The notes under the pieces were generated by a model. It was not told the DNA's origin. It searched no databases and saw only the letters and a program-made list of their open reading frames with translations. Source: Spirulina sp. (lineage in GTDB: Bacteria; Cyanobacteriota; Cyanobacteriia; Phormidesmidales; Phormidesmidaceae). Taken from it: a DNA stretch of 18,138 nucleotides. This document shows, in pieces, positions 1-8,226 of the stretch. Position 1 is the stretch's first letter. Every line of letters starts with the position of its first letter. The stretch is from the NCBI GenBank assembly GCA_044070495.1, contig JBIPSI010000054.1, positions 1-18,138 of the forward strand, in the 5' to 3' direction. The translations under genes were made by a program, and so were the position numbers.

Positions 1-1
1 A

Positions 2-100
2 GCCTATATCTTTTTCAGCTTGCGTCGTTTTGTCGAGCAGCGGGCCAGCATAGGTGCGGTTCGCCTCCTCCACTGAGTGCCCCATCAGCTCAGCAGCGGC
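2..100 (-). pseudogene. Possible C-terminal remnant of a tyrosine recombinase/integrase
   Basis: Minus-strand translation AAAELMGHSVEEANRTYAGPLLDK resembles the integrase box II motif (LMGH...Y). It is immediately preceded by an in-frame TAA (101-103), so there is no intact upstream ORF, and it is adjacent to a tRNA att-like fragment. Confidence 0.4.
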
Positions 101-122
101 TTAATGAGAATTTCAGATTCTC

Positions 123-170
123 AAAAGCATTGATGCGCAAGAGCTAGAACCCTTGCGCATCAATGCTTTT
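123..170. terminator. Perfect 19-bp inverted repeat; likely bidirectional terminator downstream of the tRNA 3' end
   Basis: AAAAGCATTGATGCGCAAG (123-141) and CTTGCGCATCAATGCTTTT (152-170) with a 10-nt loop and A/T runs at both ends, 6 nt from the tRNA fragment. Confidence 0.75.
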
Positions 171-176
171 ACAATA

Positions 177-220
177 TGGGCGATACTGGATTCGAACCAG
201 TGACCCCTTCCGTGTGAAGG
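177..220 (-). tRNA. 3' half of tRNA-Val(CAC), truncated; probable att site of an integrated element
   Basis: Minus strand reads CC-TTCACAC-GGAAG-GGGTC-ACTGG-TTCGAAT-CCAGT-ATCGCCC-A: anticodon loop CAC (216-214), T-arm and acceptor 3' strand. No D-arm or acceptor 5' strand is present upstream, and the 5' anticodon stem is incomplete. Confidence 0.85.
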
Positions 221-346
221 GTGTAATCAAGCACCTTAAATCCTTTGAGTATCAGGGCTTTGAGAATTGCCAATAAATCGTATCTCAATGGCTTATCACA
301 ATCCACAAAGCTTTACTGACGGACAGAGCAAGGGCGGTGAGAGGGT

Positions 347-1531
347 TTATCGACCTGGCGAAATTTGGTTTCGCGTCTGAGGCTCTGGATGCCCCTGACT
401 GTGTTGCTCAACGAAGTCGAGAATATGGCGATTAGCGTCTTCAGTGTGGATTGGGATTGGCAGTGCCTCTAAGCCAGTGGCGTCGTAGCTAGCCAGTAAC
501 CAGTCGCCCTTTTTGAATTTGAAGGTTTGGCGGAACATATCTTCCGAAATACCAAAGGCTTCAGCAATTGCCCGTCGGTCATATTCTCGGGGCAGTTTTG
601 ACACAAAGTAGGTGTGGGGCTGGGCTAGGGTGTTGACGTCTAGGTTGGCGATCCGCTGGGTGGAGATGCCGATGCCCAGACCAAACTTACGGCCCCGACG
701 GGCTAGGGTCATGACTGCGGCTTTGGAGTGTTTTTGGCTATCGCTGCTGCTCTTGCCGGGAATGAACTCGTCGGCCTCATCGAAGATGAAGGAGACCAGA
801 GGGGTAATCTGGCCGGTGCGACGGCGGGACTCGTAGGCGACGTGGGCCAGTTTGGCGGCGAAGTCGCGCAGGTCATCGGGGTTGTGGGATTGGACAATGA
901 TCAGGCTGCTCTGGCTGTCATCGTTGAGCCACTCGACGATTTGGGGAATGGAGACAGTGACGCTGGGGGGGATGTCAATGTGGGACTGCTGGGCCTGGGC
1001 TTTGAGCCCATGGATGACCGTATCCAGATTAGTCTGAGCGGTGGCGGTAATGGATTTTTTTGCCTTTTTGTTGGCAGGGTCTTCGTTGTAGTCGTCGATG
1101 AAGGCTTCGATCTGGATGCGGGGGCCGGTGTTGTTCGGAGAAAAGGCGACTTCAACGACCTCCAGATTGGTAGGGACAGCGATACAGCGGATTTTGGTGG
1201 TGTCTTCGGTGGAGAGGGTATCTTGGGTGATCCAATCTTTCCCGGCATTGCGGGCGGCCTCGGTGATAAAGCCGGGGTAGCCGCCGGTGTCGGTACCGAG
1301 GGCGTAGTGCATGGGCAGGATGCCAGTCACTTCGAGGATGCTGTAGCGAGTCTGCTGCTGGTCGCTGGCAAAGTTGGGCACCGCCAGCATCGCTCCCTCA
1401 GCGATGGTGTTCATGGCCTGGCGGGTGTAGTCGAACCAGAGTTCGTAGCGGTAGCGAGTCACTTCGTTCTCTTCAATTTTCATGAGAATGCCGCTTAGGT
1501 CACGGACAAACATGGTGGACCTCAAGGTCAA
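347..1531 (-). CDS. HerA/FtsK-like ATPase, apparently internally deleted (no Walker A)
   Basis: C-terminal FIFDEADEF (Walker B), ARRGRKFGLGIGISTQR and N-terminal barrel-like region; overlaps the upstream NurA-like gene by 4 bp. No GxxGxGK[ST] motif precedes Walker B. Alternative ATG start at 1513. Confidence 0.75.
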   Translation of the reverse strand: MTLRSTMFVRDLSGILMKIEENEVTRYRYELWFDYTRQAMNTIAEGAMLAVPNFASDQQQTRYSILEVTGILPMHYALGTDTGGYPGFITEAARNAGKDWITQDTLSTEDTTKIRCIAVPTNLEVVEVAFSPNNTGPRIQIEAFIDDYNEDPANKKAKKSITATAQTNLDTVIHGLKAQAQQSHIDIPPSVTVSIPQIVEWLNDDSQSSLIIVQSHNPDDLRDFAAKLAHVAYESRRRTGQITPLVSFIFDEADEFIPGKSSSDSQKHSKAAVMTLARRGRKFGLGIGISTQRIANLDVNTLAQPHTYFVSKLPREYDRRAIAEAFGISEDMFRQTFKFKKGDWLLASYDATGLEALPIPIHTEDANRHILDFVEQHSQGHPEPQTRNQISPGR

Positions 1532-3402
1532 GATCGGTGGAAGGAGTCACGGATGGCGCGAAAGGTGCGGCTCAAGGGTTGAGATCGGAAGGAGTAGGCG
1601 GACGACCGAACGATTCCCTGGATGCGCTTGCCCACAGTCTTTGCACCCCAGTCAGCCTTATGCAGCGGATCGGGATAGCCAATCACCTCCGGGAAGTGGT
1701 TACGGGTGAGAACGCTCAGCAAGTACATATTGATGAACTGGGCTAAATTGGTCTCCTCGTTGGTGCGATAGCAGAGGGGCTGAATGCGCCCTAGGGCGTT
1801 GGTTTCGATCACCACTTGGTCAAGTCCGGGCTGATCCCACTCGGGGTAAATAAGTCGGTCAATAAAGACAACATGCCCCATCAGAGGGGTGGCCTTATCT
1901 CGCTTCAGGAAAAATTGGGCCAGTGATCGCGCAAACAGCCGCTCCGGAGCCACGATGAACCCCTGCACCCCTGAAACTTCCGGGCTACCGTCGGCCCTCG
2001 CCCTCGCGTGGAGGGTCATGTAGGTAGAGTCGAACTCAATGGAGGTCCAGGGGGCAGTGAGGGTTTCGTCGGCCAGGGGGAGCAGTTCGAGGAAGATGCG
2101 ATCCGTCCAGGGCAGTTGGCGCACGTCTAAGTCGGCCAGGGTTGGGTATCCCTGCTCGCCGAGCTGCTTCATGACGCCCAGATAGTTGCGGGTGAGGTAG
2201 CGGGAAGCGGAGTCTTTGATGATGCCGGTGAGCAAAATTTTGCGACTCCAGCAGACTTCGATCAGGGCGCGGATGCCAACGGCAATCAGAAAGCCCACGT
2301 CATTGGGCGACATCCAGCGCTGGCAAACGACTCCGTACTCGTCGGGGGCTTCGTAGACGAGGGCTTGCTGATCTTTTTCGAGAAAGAGGCGGCGGCAAAT
2401 GTGCTCGAAGAGAGCCACGCAGTAGTCCCAGGAAGCCCCACAGTTGACGTCGGTGGTGAGGATGGTACGGCCCTGGTGAGTTTCGAGGTGGGCGAAGGGA
2501 GGGAGGGGATCTTGCCCTCGGCGGCGAGCTTTGGTGAGGTAGCGAATGGCCCCTTGCAGGTCATCGGTGGTGAGGTGGTGGCGAGCGGCAAAGTCGTCGA
2601 GATTGAGGGTCTGGGTGCGCTGATGATGGAACTCGGCAATCAGAGCCATGTACTGGCTGAACTTTTTGGTGGTGGGAATACCGAGAGACGGGTTGAAGGG
2701 GTGGGCCAAGGCCACGGTGACATCATCGACGGTGAGGCGACGACGGTCGAAGGGGAAGTTGAGCATGGGAATGGCCTCGGGCTGGATAGCCACGCTGGCC
2801 AGAATGCTGGAGGGAGATCGGTCTAGGAGGATGACTTTGGGCGCTTCAAGGGCTGATGAAGTGGCGACGTTGTAGGCGAGGTAGATTTCGGCCAGCTCCA
2901 TCATTTTGGTGTCGATGCTGGAGAGGTCTACTCGCTCACTATCGGAGACCAGAAAGGTTTCGGGACGGTCTTGGTCTACGACGTCAGCAAATTCGGAGAA
3001 GGGAACGGGGATGTAGGTGACCATGGAGACGTCCTTTTCCAGCGACCACTTCTGGTAGCGGACGGTGGGTGGATCGTCGTCGAGGTTGATTTGGCCTTTG
3101 GCCCCATAGGCGCAGGCAGAAAAGACGATGAAGTCTTGGAAAGGATCTTTGCCGCAGGTGCCATCGATGGCCACAAAGTCGAGCTGGCGGCTACCAAAGA
3201 AGCGTTCGATATAGCGATGGAGAGACCGAAGGGAGGCCGGATCAGCAAAGTGGGGCTGGAGGGGACAGATCAGACGGTGGAAGAAAGTTTGATAGAAGTC
3301 GCTGGCGTTGCGGGCGCGACTCGTATAGAGCGTATCGAACTTGTCTCGGGAGAAGTCGAGAGCTTTGCCGTAACTGCTGTAGATTTGGGAAATATCAGAC
3401 AT
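1528..3402 (-). CDS. NurA-family (RNase H-fold) nuclease
   Basis: Motifs FVAIDGT, ILLDRS, GIIKDS and C-terminal GYPDPLHKAD typical of NurA; paired with a HerA-like gene. Confidence 0.8.
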   Translation of the reverse strand: MSDISQIYSSYGKALDFSRDKFDTLYTSRARNASDFYQTFFHRLICPLQPHFADPASLRSLHRYIERFFGSRQLDFVAIDGTCGKDPFQDFIVFSACAYGAKGQINLDDDPPTVRYQKWSLEKDVSMVTYIPVPFSEFADVVDQDRPETFLVSDSERVDLSSIDTKMMELAEIYLAYNVATSSALEAPKVILLDRSPSSILASVAIQPEAIPMLNFPFDRRRLTVDDVTVALAHPFNPSLGIPTTKKFSQYMALIAEFHHQRTQTLNLDDFAARHHLTTDDLQGAIRYLTKARRRGQDPLPPFAHLETHQGRTILTTDVNCGASWDYCVALFEHICRRLFLEKDQQALVYEAPDEYGVVCQRWMSPNDVGFLIAVGIRALIEVCWSRKILLTGIIKDSASRYLTRNYLGVMKQLGEQGYPTLADLDVRQLPWTDRIFLELLPLADETLTAPWTSIEFDSTYMTLHARARADGSPEVSGVQGFIVAPERLFARSLAQFFLKRDKATPLMGHVVFIDRLIYPEWDQPGLDQVVIETNALGRIQPLCYRTNEETNLAQFINMYLLSVLTRNHFPEVIGYPDPLHKADWGAKTVGKRIQGIVRSSAYSFRSQPLSRTFRAIRDSFHRS

Positions 3403-3576
3403 GGCTCAGGCTCAGCATCTGTCCGGGTACCTAAGGGTATTCTATGGCTGATGCCCCAGAGGAAAGATGCTGGGCGGTGCCCCGTAACATTCTTTTAGAG
3501 AAATTTGGATTCGGGTCGTTGGTGTGCCCTTAAGCTATGGAGGGAACCCTAGCGTTACCGAGAGCAATGGATAGCT

Positions 3577-3921
3577 ATGGATCGCACAATTGCAGAATTT
3601 AAGCTGGAAGACGGCAGCGACATCACCGTTCTGTTTGAGGTGCCGCCCCCCAGCACCGACAGCGCCCTAGAGGAGGTGAGCTTAAATGCGGGCAGGATGG
3701 TCTACCAGGCCACCCAAACCCTGGGGCAAGCCCTGGATCAGGTGCAGCCTGTGGCCAATGCCATCATTTCTCGGTTCAAGGCGGGGCTCACCACCCCAGC
3801 CGATGAGGTGGAGGTGAAATTTGGCCTTACCCTCAGTGCCGATGCGGGGGCGATCTTTACCGCCGTCGGGGGCGATGTGACCTTTGAAATTACCTTGAAA
3901 TGGGCAAAGGGCAGCGATTAG
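3577..3921 (+). CDS. Trypsin-co-occurring domain protein (Trypco1 / CU044_2847-like)
   Basis: 114 aa with DEVEVKFGLTLSADAGAIF...FEITLKW signature, 6 bp upstream of a trypsin-like protease. Confidence 0.75.
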   Translation: MDRTIAEFKLEDGSDITVLFEVPPPSTDSALEEVSLNAGRMVYQATQTLGQALDQVQPVANAIISRFKAGLTTPADEVEVKFGLTLSADAGAIFTAVGGDVTFEITLKWAKGSD

Positions 3922-3927
3922 GGACGT

Positions 3928-5082
3928 ATGACGCAACCCGTGACCGAAGCTCAGTATCTGGCGGCCATTGCCCGCATCTACCAGGGCAAGACGCCCATCG
4001 GCATTGCCTTTTGTGTGGCGGATGGTTATCTGCTGACCTGTGCTCATGTGGTGAGTAAGGCACTAGGGCATCAACGCAAGTCTTACCAAATTCCGGCCCA
4101 GGAGATGTTGGGGCAGAAGGTAGCTCTAGAGTTTTGTGGCGAGGGACAGGTGGAACGCCACCATGCCACCGTCGCTTACTGGCGCAGCCCAGCCCAGGAA
4201 GAACCGGGCACGACGGATGTGGATGTCGCCGTTCTCAAGCTTACGGAATCTATGCCTATCGGTGCTCGGGTGCTTAGCCTCACGAGTTTTCCGGAGTTGA
4301 AGGGACACACGTTTCTCGCATCGGGTATCCCGGAAAACGTTGCCGATGGCGCATGGTCTGAGGGAAAGATACAGGGGGCAACCCATAGCCGCGCCCTAGT
4401 ACAAATGGTGGCTGGCCCAGGCTATGCGATTGAACCGGGCTTCAGCGGTGCCCCAGTGTGGAGCCCATCCTTGGGGGATGCCATTGTGGGTATGGTGGTG
4501 GCCCGAGATAAGCAGCGAGAAGAGGAGAGAATTAGCTTTATGGTGCCAGCGGCGAGGCTTCAGCCAGCCTTGGCCGCCATTGGAATCGATATTTCAGCAG
4601 TTCAGTCGAGCTTACCTACTGCCATGCCTGCATCAGAACGGCTTCAACTCATTAACACGCTCAACAGTCTGCCTACGGTACAGTTTGAAACGTTGGTCAA
4701 CACTCTGAACCCACCTAGCGGCCTGATGCCCCCCAACAGTGCGCCCCAGGGGTTGCGTTCTTCGGCCTTATTGCAGTGGGTTGAAGGGCCAACGGGGCCA
4801 GGACTGAATGAATTGCAGGCAGGGCTACAGGCAATGGGGATTTCCACAACCGTCCAAGACTCTGTGCAACCAAACATAAACGGCATAAGCAAGACTTCAG
4901 AATCATCCAAAAAGGAGCGTCTTCGGAAAGAGATTCAATTATTGCAGGAACAACTAGAACGCTGTTTTGAAAAGCGCCTTTTGACGGACGATCCTGACCG
5001 TGAGGTCAAGCTAGAGAAGCTAGAGCAAGAACTGGAACAAAAAATAGCTGAGAAGCAGAGTGAGCTAGATGCCCTAGATTAA
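3928..5082 (+). CDS. Trypsin-like serine protease with two C-terminal helical adaptor (EAD-like) domains
   Basis: Catalytic triad motifs LTCAHVV, DVAVLKL and GFSGAPV. Helical domain at ~4636-4839 and a coiled-coil domain at 4909-5076 that recurs at the N-terminus of the next gene. Confidence 0.85.
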   Translation: MTQPVTEAQYLAAIARIYQGKTPIGIAFCVADGYLLTCAHVVSKALGHQRKSYQIPAQEMLGQKVALEFCGEGQVERHHATVAYWRSPAQEEPGTTDVDVAVLKLTESMPIGARVLSLTSFPELKGHTFLASGIPENVADGAWSEGKIQGATHSRALVQMVAGPGYAIEPGFSGAPVWSPSLGDAIVGMVVARDKQREEERISFMVPAARLQPALAAIGIDISAVQSSLPTAMPASERLQLINTLNSLPTVQFETLVNTLNPPSGLMPPNSAPQGLRSSALLQWVEGPTGPGLNELQAGLQAMGISTTVQDSVQPNINGISKTSESSKKERLRKEIQLLQEQLERCFEKRLLTDDPDREVKLEKLEQELEQKIAEKQSELDALD

Positions 5083-5123
5083 ATTTACTAACCCTTAAAC
5101 CATTCACATAAAGTCTAACAGCA

Positions 5124-6125
5124 GTGGACAAAAAAGAAAGGCTAGAGAAAGAAATTGAACAGCTCAAAGCAACGCTTGACAAGTGCTTTCAGAAGCGTCT
5201 GTTAAGTGATGATCCAGAAAAAGAAATTAAGCTTGAGGAACTGGAGGAAAGACTAGAGAGTCAGATTCGCGAAAAGGAGCGAAAATTATCCCATCTCTCA
5301 TCCTCATCCTCCAACCGAAACCGTGGCACCCTCACCCTAAAGGAAGAGCTTTGTTCTCTAGATTTTGATGAACCCAAGAAAGTTGTCCAGGACATCTTGA
5401 CATGCCTACACGAAAATGAAGGAGGCTCAGCTTTGCTTCTAGCGGAAAAATGCCTGGATATGGAAGGTGAACTCCTTCTAATTAAAATTCGAGATATTCT
5501 AAAATCAAACACAAGTCAGCTTATTGAATATCCTGTTCAGTTTATTCCTACAATGCCAGCCAATAGAATGGCTTTTCTCAAAACTATTGCTGGATATTTG
5601 GGTATTGATCTCCCTGTAACTGATGGGAATGAATCTGAGGATGAGTTGACCAAGGCTACTGAGAAGATTGTCGGAAAACTATCTGAGCGGTTGCGCTCTG
5701 GAACAACTATATTCATTCCAGTGGCAAACTGGAAAAGCTTAAGCTTAAGCTATCAATCTGTTTTTCTGGATTGGTTTATTTGTCAATTCTGGCAATCGCT
5801 AAATAGGTCGGTTTCGATGGCTATGAATGACTATTCTCCTAGGGTTTTCTGTATTATCATGGTCGATGAGTCGATGGCGGAAGCCTGTAAGAAAGCTGAT
5901 TACTTCTGTGATACGGCAGAATTTGACTGTAACAAGTTACTCATGCTGCCACTACGGTGCTGGACAAAGACAGATGTTCGACGTTGGCTCAGTAGCTATT
6001 CCTCAGAGATCAACAAGACAGAATGTAATCGATTGGTAGATTATATCTTTGGCAGCAAGGATGAGGAGTTGCCCTGGAAGGTTCGGGCTGAGCTTGAAAA
6101 AGCCCATGCGCAATCATGTTTTTGA
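5124..6125 (+). CDS. EAD-like N-terminal domain plus probable inactive STAND (iSTAND) NTPase-like protein
   Basis: GTG start. N-terminal 56 aa match the protease C-terminus. The remainder has LDF...LPLRCWTKTDVRRWL features and no intact Walker A, and lies directly upstream of MoxR and vWA genes. Confidence 0.6.
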   Translation: MDKKERLEKEIEQLKATLDKCFQKRLLSDDPEKEIKLEELEERLESQIREKERKLSHLSSSSSNRNRGTLTLKEELCSLDFDEPKKVVQDILTCLHENEGGSALLLAEKCLDMEGELLLIKIRDILKSNTSQLIEYPVQFIPTMPANRMAFLKTIAGYLGIDLPVTDGNESEDELTKATEKIVGKLSERLRSGTTIFIPVANWKSLSLSYQSVFLDWFICQFWQSLNRSVSMAMNDYSPRVFCIIMVDESMAEACKKADYFCDTAEFDCNKLLMLPLRCWTKTDVRRWLSSYSSEINKTECNRLVDYIFGSKDEELPWKVRAELEKAHAQSCF

Positions 6126-6142
6126 CGAACGATAGTAAACCC

Positions 6143-7114
6143 ATGAAATTCTTTACTGGTGCCCCCAATCATCGTGCTGCTAACCCTCACCCAGAGGCTC
6201 CGGAATGGGAGCCTTACCTGGCGACGGAGGAGTTGGTCAATGCGGTGAACCTCGCTATTTTTCTGGAGCGACCTCTTTTGCTGGAGGGCGAAGCGGGCTG
6301 TGGCAAAACGCGCCTTGCCTCGGCGGTAGCCTATGAGTTGGGTTATCCGCTCTATCGTTGGAACATTCGTTCTAAAACGCGCTATCAAGAAGGGCTATAC
6401 GAGTACGATGCCCTGCTGCGGCTCCATGATGTTAACTTGAGCCAAAAGCTGGACGGTGCAACGACCGAGGGAGACCGTTCCATCGATCCGAGGCGGGTAG
6501 AAAACTACCTTGATCTCAAGGAGCTAGGCAAAGCTTTTGAGCTAGAAGAATGCCCAGCGGTGGTGTTGATCGATGAAATTGACAAGGCGGACTTAGATTT
6601 TCCCAATGATTTGCTCACCGTCTTGGAAAAGCCCTACGAGTTTACGATTCGGGAAACAGGCAGGGTCGTCAGGGCACATCACCCGCCCATTGTGATCATC
6701 ACCAGCAACAAGGAGAAGGGCAATCTCCCAGCTCCATTTTTGCGGCGTTGTGTTTACCACTACATTGAATTTCCGAGCCGACCGGAGCAACTGAAGCGGT
6801 TGGCAGATCTACATTTTTCGCTCCCTGATTCGGCTACGGAGGCGGCTACGGTGGAGGGGCAACCTAGTCAGCCCCCTGAGGATTTGGTGGATGCGGCTAT
6901 CGACCGATTTTTGGCTATTCGGCAGCGCAAGGGGCTGGCCAAGCCCCCAGGCACCAGCGAATTTTTGGACTGGCTACGGGTGCTCGCCCACTATGGGCCA
7001 AAGGCTCCTTACCCAGCTCAAGATTTGCCAGAGGATGGGCCATTGCCCTACCGGGAGTTGCTGTTCAAACTCCGGGGTGATTGGCGACAGGCGGGGTTCA
7101 GTGCATCGCCATGA
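6143..7114 (+). CDS. MoxR-family AAA+ ATPase
   Basis: RPLLLEGEAGCGKT (Walker A), VLIDEIDKAD (Walker B), IITSN, LPAPFLRRC. Alternative start at 6116. Confidence 0.92.
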   Translation: MKFFTGAPNHRAANPHPEAPEWEPYLATEELVNAVNLAIFLERPLLLEGEAGCGKTRLASAVAYELGYPLYRWNIRSKTRYQEGLYEYDALLRLHDVNLSQKLDGATTEGDRSIDPRRVENYLDLKELGKAFELEECPAVVLIDEIDKADLDFPNDLLTVLEKPYEFTIRETGRVVRAHHPPIVIITSNKEKGNLPAPFLRRCVYHYIEFPSRPEQLKRLADLHFSLPDSATEAATVEGQPSQPPEDLVDAAIDRFLAIRQRKGLAKPPGTSEFLDWLRVLAHYGPKAPYPAQDLPEDGPLPYRELLFKLRGDWRQAGFSASP

Positions 7115-8226
7115 GGGTAAGTGGGGTAGACGGTGAAGGGTTGGTGCTGGAAACGTTCTTGCAGTTGCGCAAGAGCGGATTCAACCTGGGCCTGGATGAG
7201 TACTTTGCCGGGTTAGCCCTGGTGACTGGGGAAGAGACACCGTTTGCCCAAAATCTAGACACCCTGAAGCGGTCGCTCAAGGCGGTGTGGTGTACGTCCC
7301 CATCGGAGCAGAGGCAGTTTGATCCAGACTGGGACAAGGCCCTGGCCATCGTACAAGCGGCCACCCTAGACACTACGGAGACAGTAGATGCCCCTGAGTC
7401 CTCTTCTTCTCGGTCATCGGTCGAACCGTTCCCATTTACCCCGGCAAGGTTTGAGCAAACCCAGCTAGAGACTAAGGCCGAAAAATCGACCCCTCCGGCC
7501 TTGGATGCGGTGTCTCAGCCAGTGCGTGCGCCGTTTACCCCGGTGGAACTGGAGCGTCCTTCGGAACTGCGGAGCTACTGGCCTGTTACCCGGCGATTTA
7601 TGAGCTATAGCTGGCGCTATCTGCGGCGCACCGTGGAGGCTGGCCCAGCGGAACAGTTGGATGTAGAAGCCACCGTGCAACAGGTGGCGCAGCAAGGATT
7701 TTACCTAGAGCCTGTGCTGCGGCAAGGCGACCAAAACCGAGCACAACTGCTGCTGTTGATTGACCAAAATGGATCTATGATGCCGCTGCATCCCTTTTCT
7801 CGTGCCGTAGCCGAAACGGCGCTTTACAACAGTGGCTTGCCACCAGGGCAGGTGTCTGTGTATTACTTTCAAAACGTTCCGGCAGACGATGTGTATTACG
7901 ACGTGTTTTTGACCCAACCCGTGGAACTCAAGGCGGTGCTGGCAGCCTGTGATGCCGATACCAGTGTTGTTGTGGTTAGCGATGCCGGGGCGGCACGGGG
8001 CTATCGGCGGCTAGAACGCATTCGCGCCACGGTGCGGTTTTTGGCCCACCTGCGCCGCACGACCCAACGCTGTGCTTGGCTAAACCCCATGCCCACCGAG
8101 CGGTGGGTAGGCAGCTCAGCGGAAATGATTGCCAATTTGGTGCCGATGTTTCAGATGGATCAGGATGGGTTGAGCCATGCGATTGATGTGGTGCGGGGGC
8201 TGCTGGTTCAGCCCATTCAGCCATGA
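7111..8226 (+). CDS. vWA (CoxE-like) domain protein, MoxR partner
   Basis: ATG at 7111 overlaps the MoxR stop (ATGA). MIDAS-like LIDQNGSM, VVSDAGAARG and WLNPMP motifs. Confidence 0.85.
   Translation: MRVSGVDGEGLVLETFLQLRKSGFNLGLDEYFAGLALVTGEETPFAQNLDTLKRSLKAVWCTSPSEQRQFDPDWDKALAIVQAATLDTTETVDAPESSSSRSSVEPFPFTPARFEQTQLETKAEKSTPPALDAVSQPVRAPFTPVELERPSELRSYWPVTRRFMSYSWRYLRRTVEAGPAEQLDVEATVQQVAQQGFYLEPVLRQGDQNRAQLLLLIDQNGSMMPLHPFSRAVAETALYNSGLPPGQVSVYYFQNVPADDVYYDVFLTQPVELKAVLAACDADTSVVVVSDAGAARGYRRLERIRATVRFLAHLRRTTQRCAWLNPMPTERWVGSSAEMIANLVPMFQMDQDGLSHAIDVVRGLLVQPIQP

Noticed and set aside
177..220. Functional full-length tRNA-Val
   Set aside because: No D-arm or 5' acceptor strand can be found upstream on the minus strand.
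728..3498. Long plus-strand ORFs (728-1498, 2365-2826, 2971-3498)
   Set aside because: Antisense shadows of the GC-rich NurA/HerA genes with no recognisable motifs.
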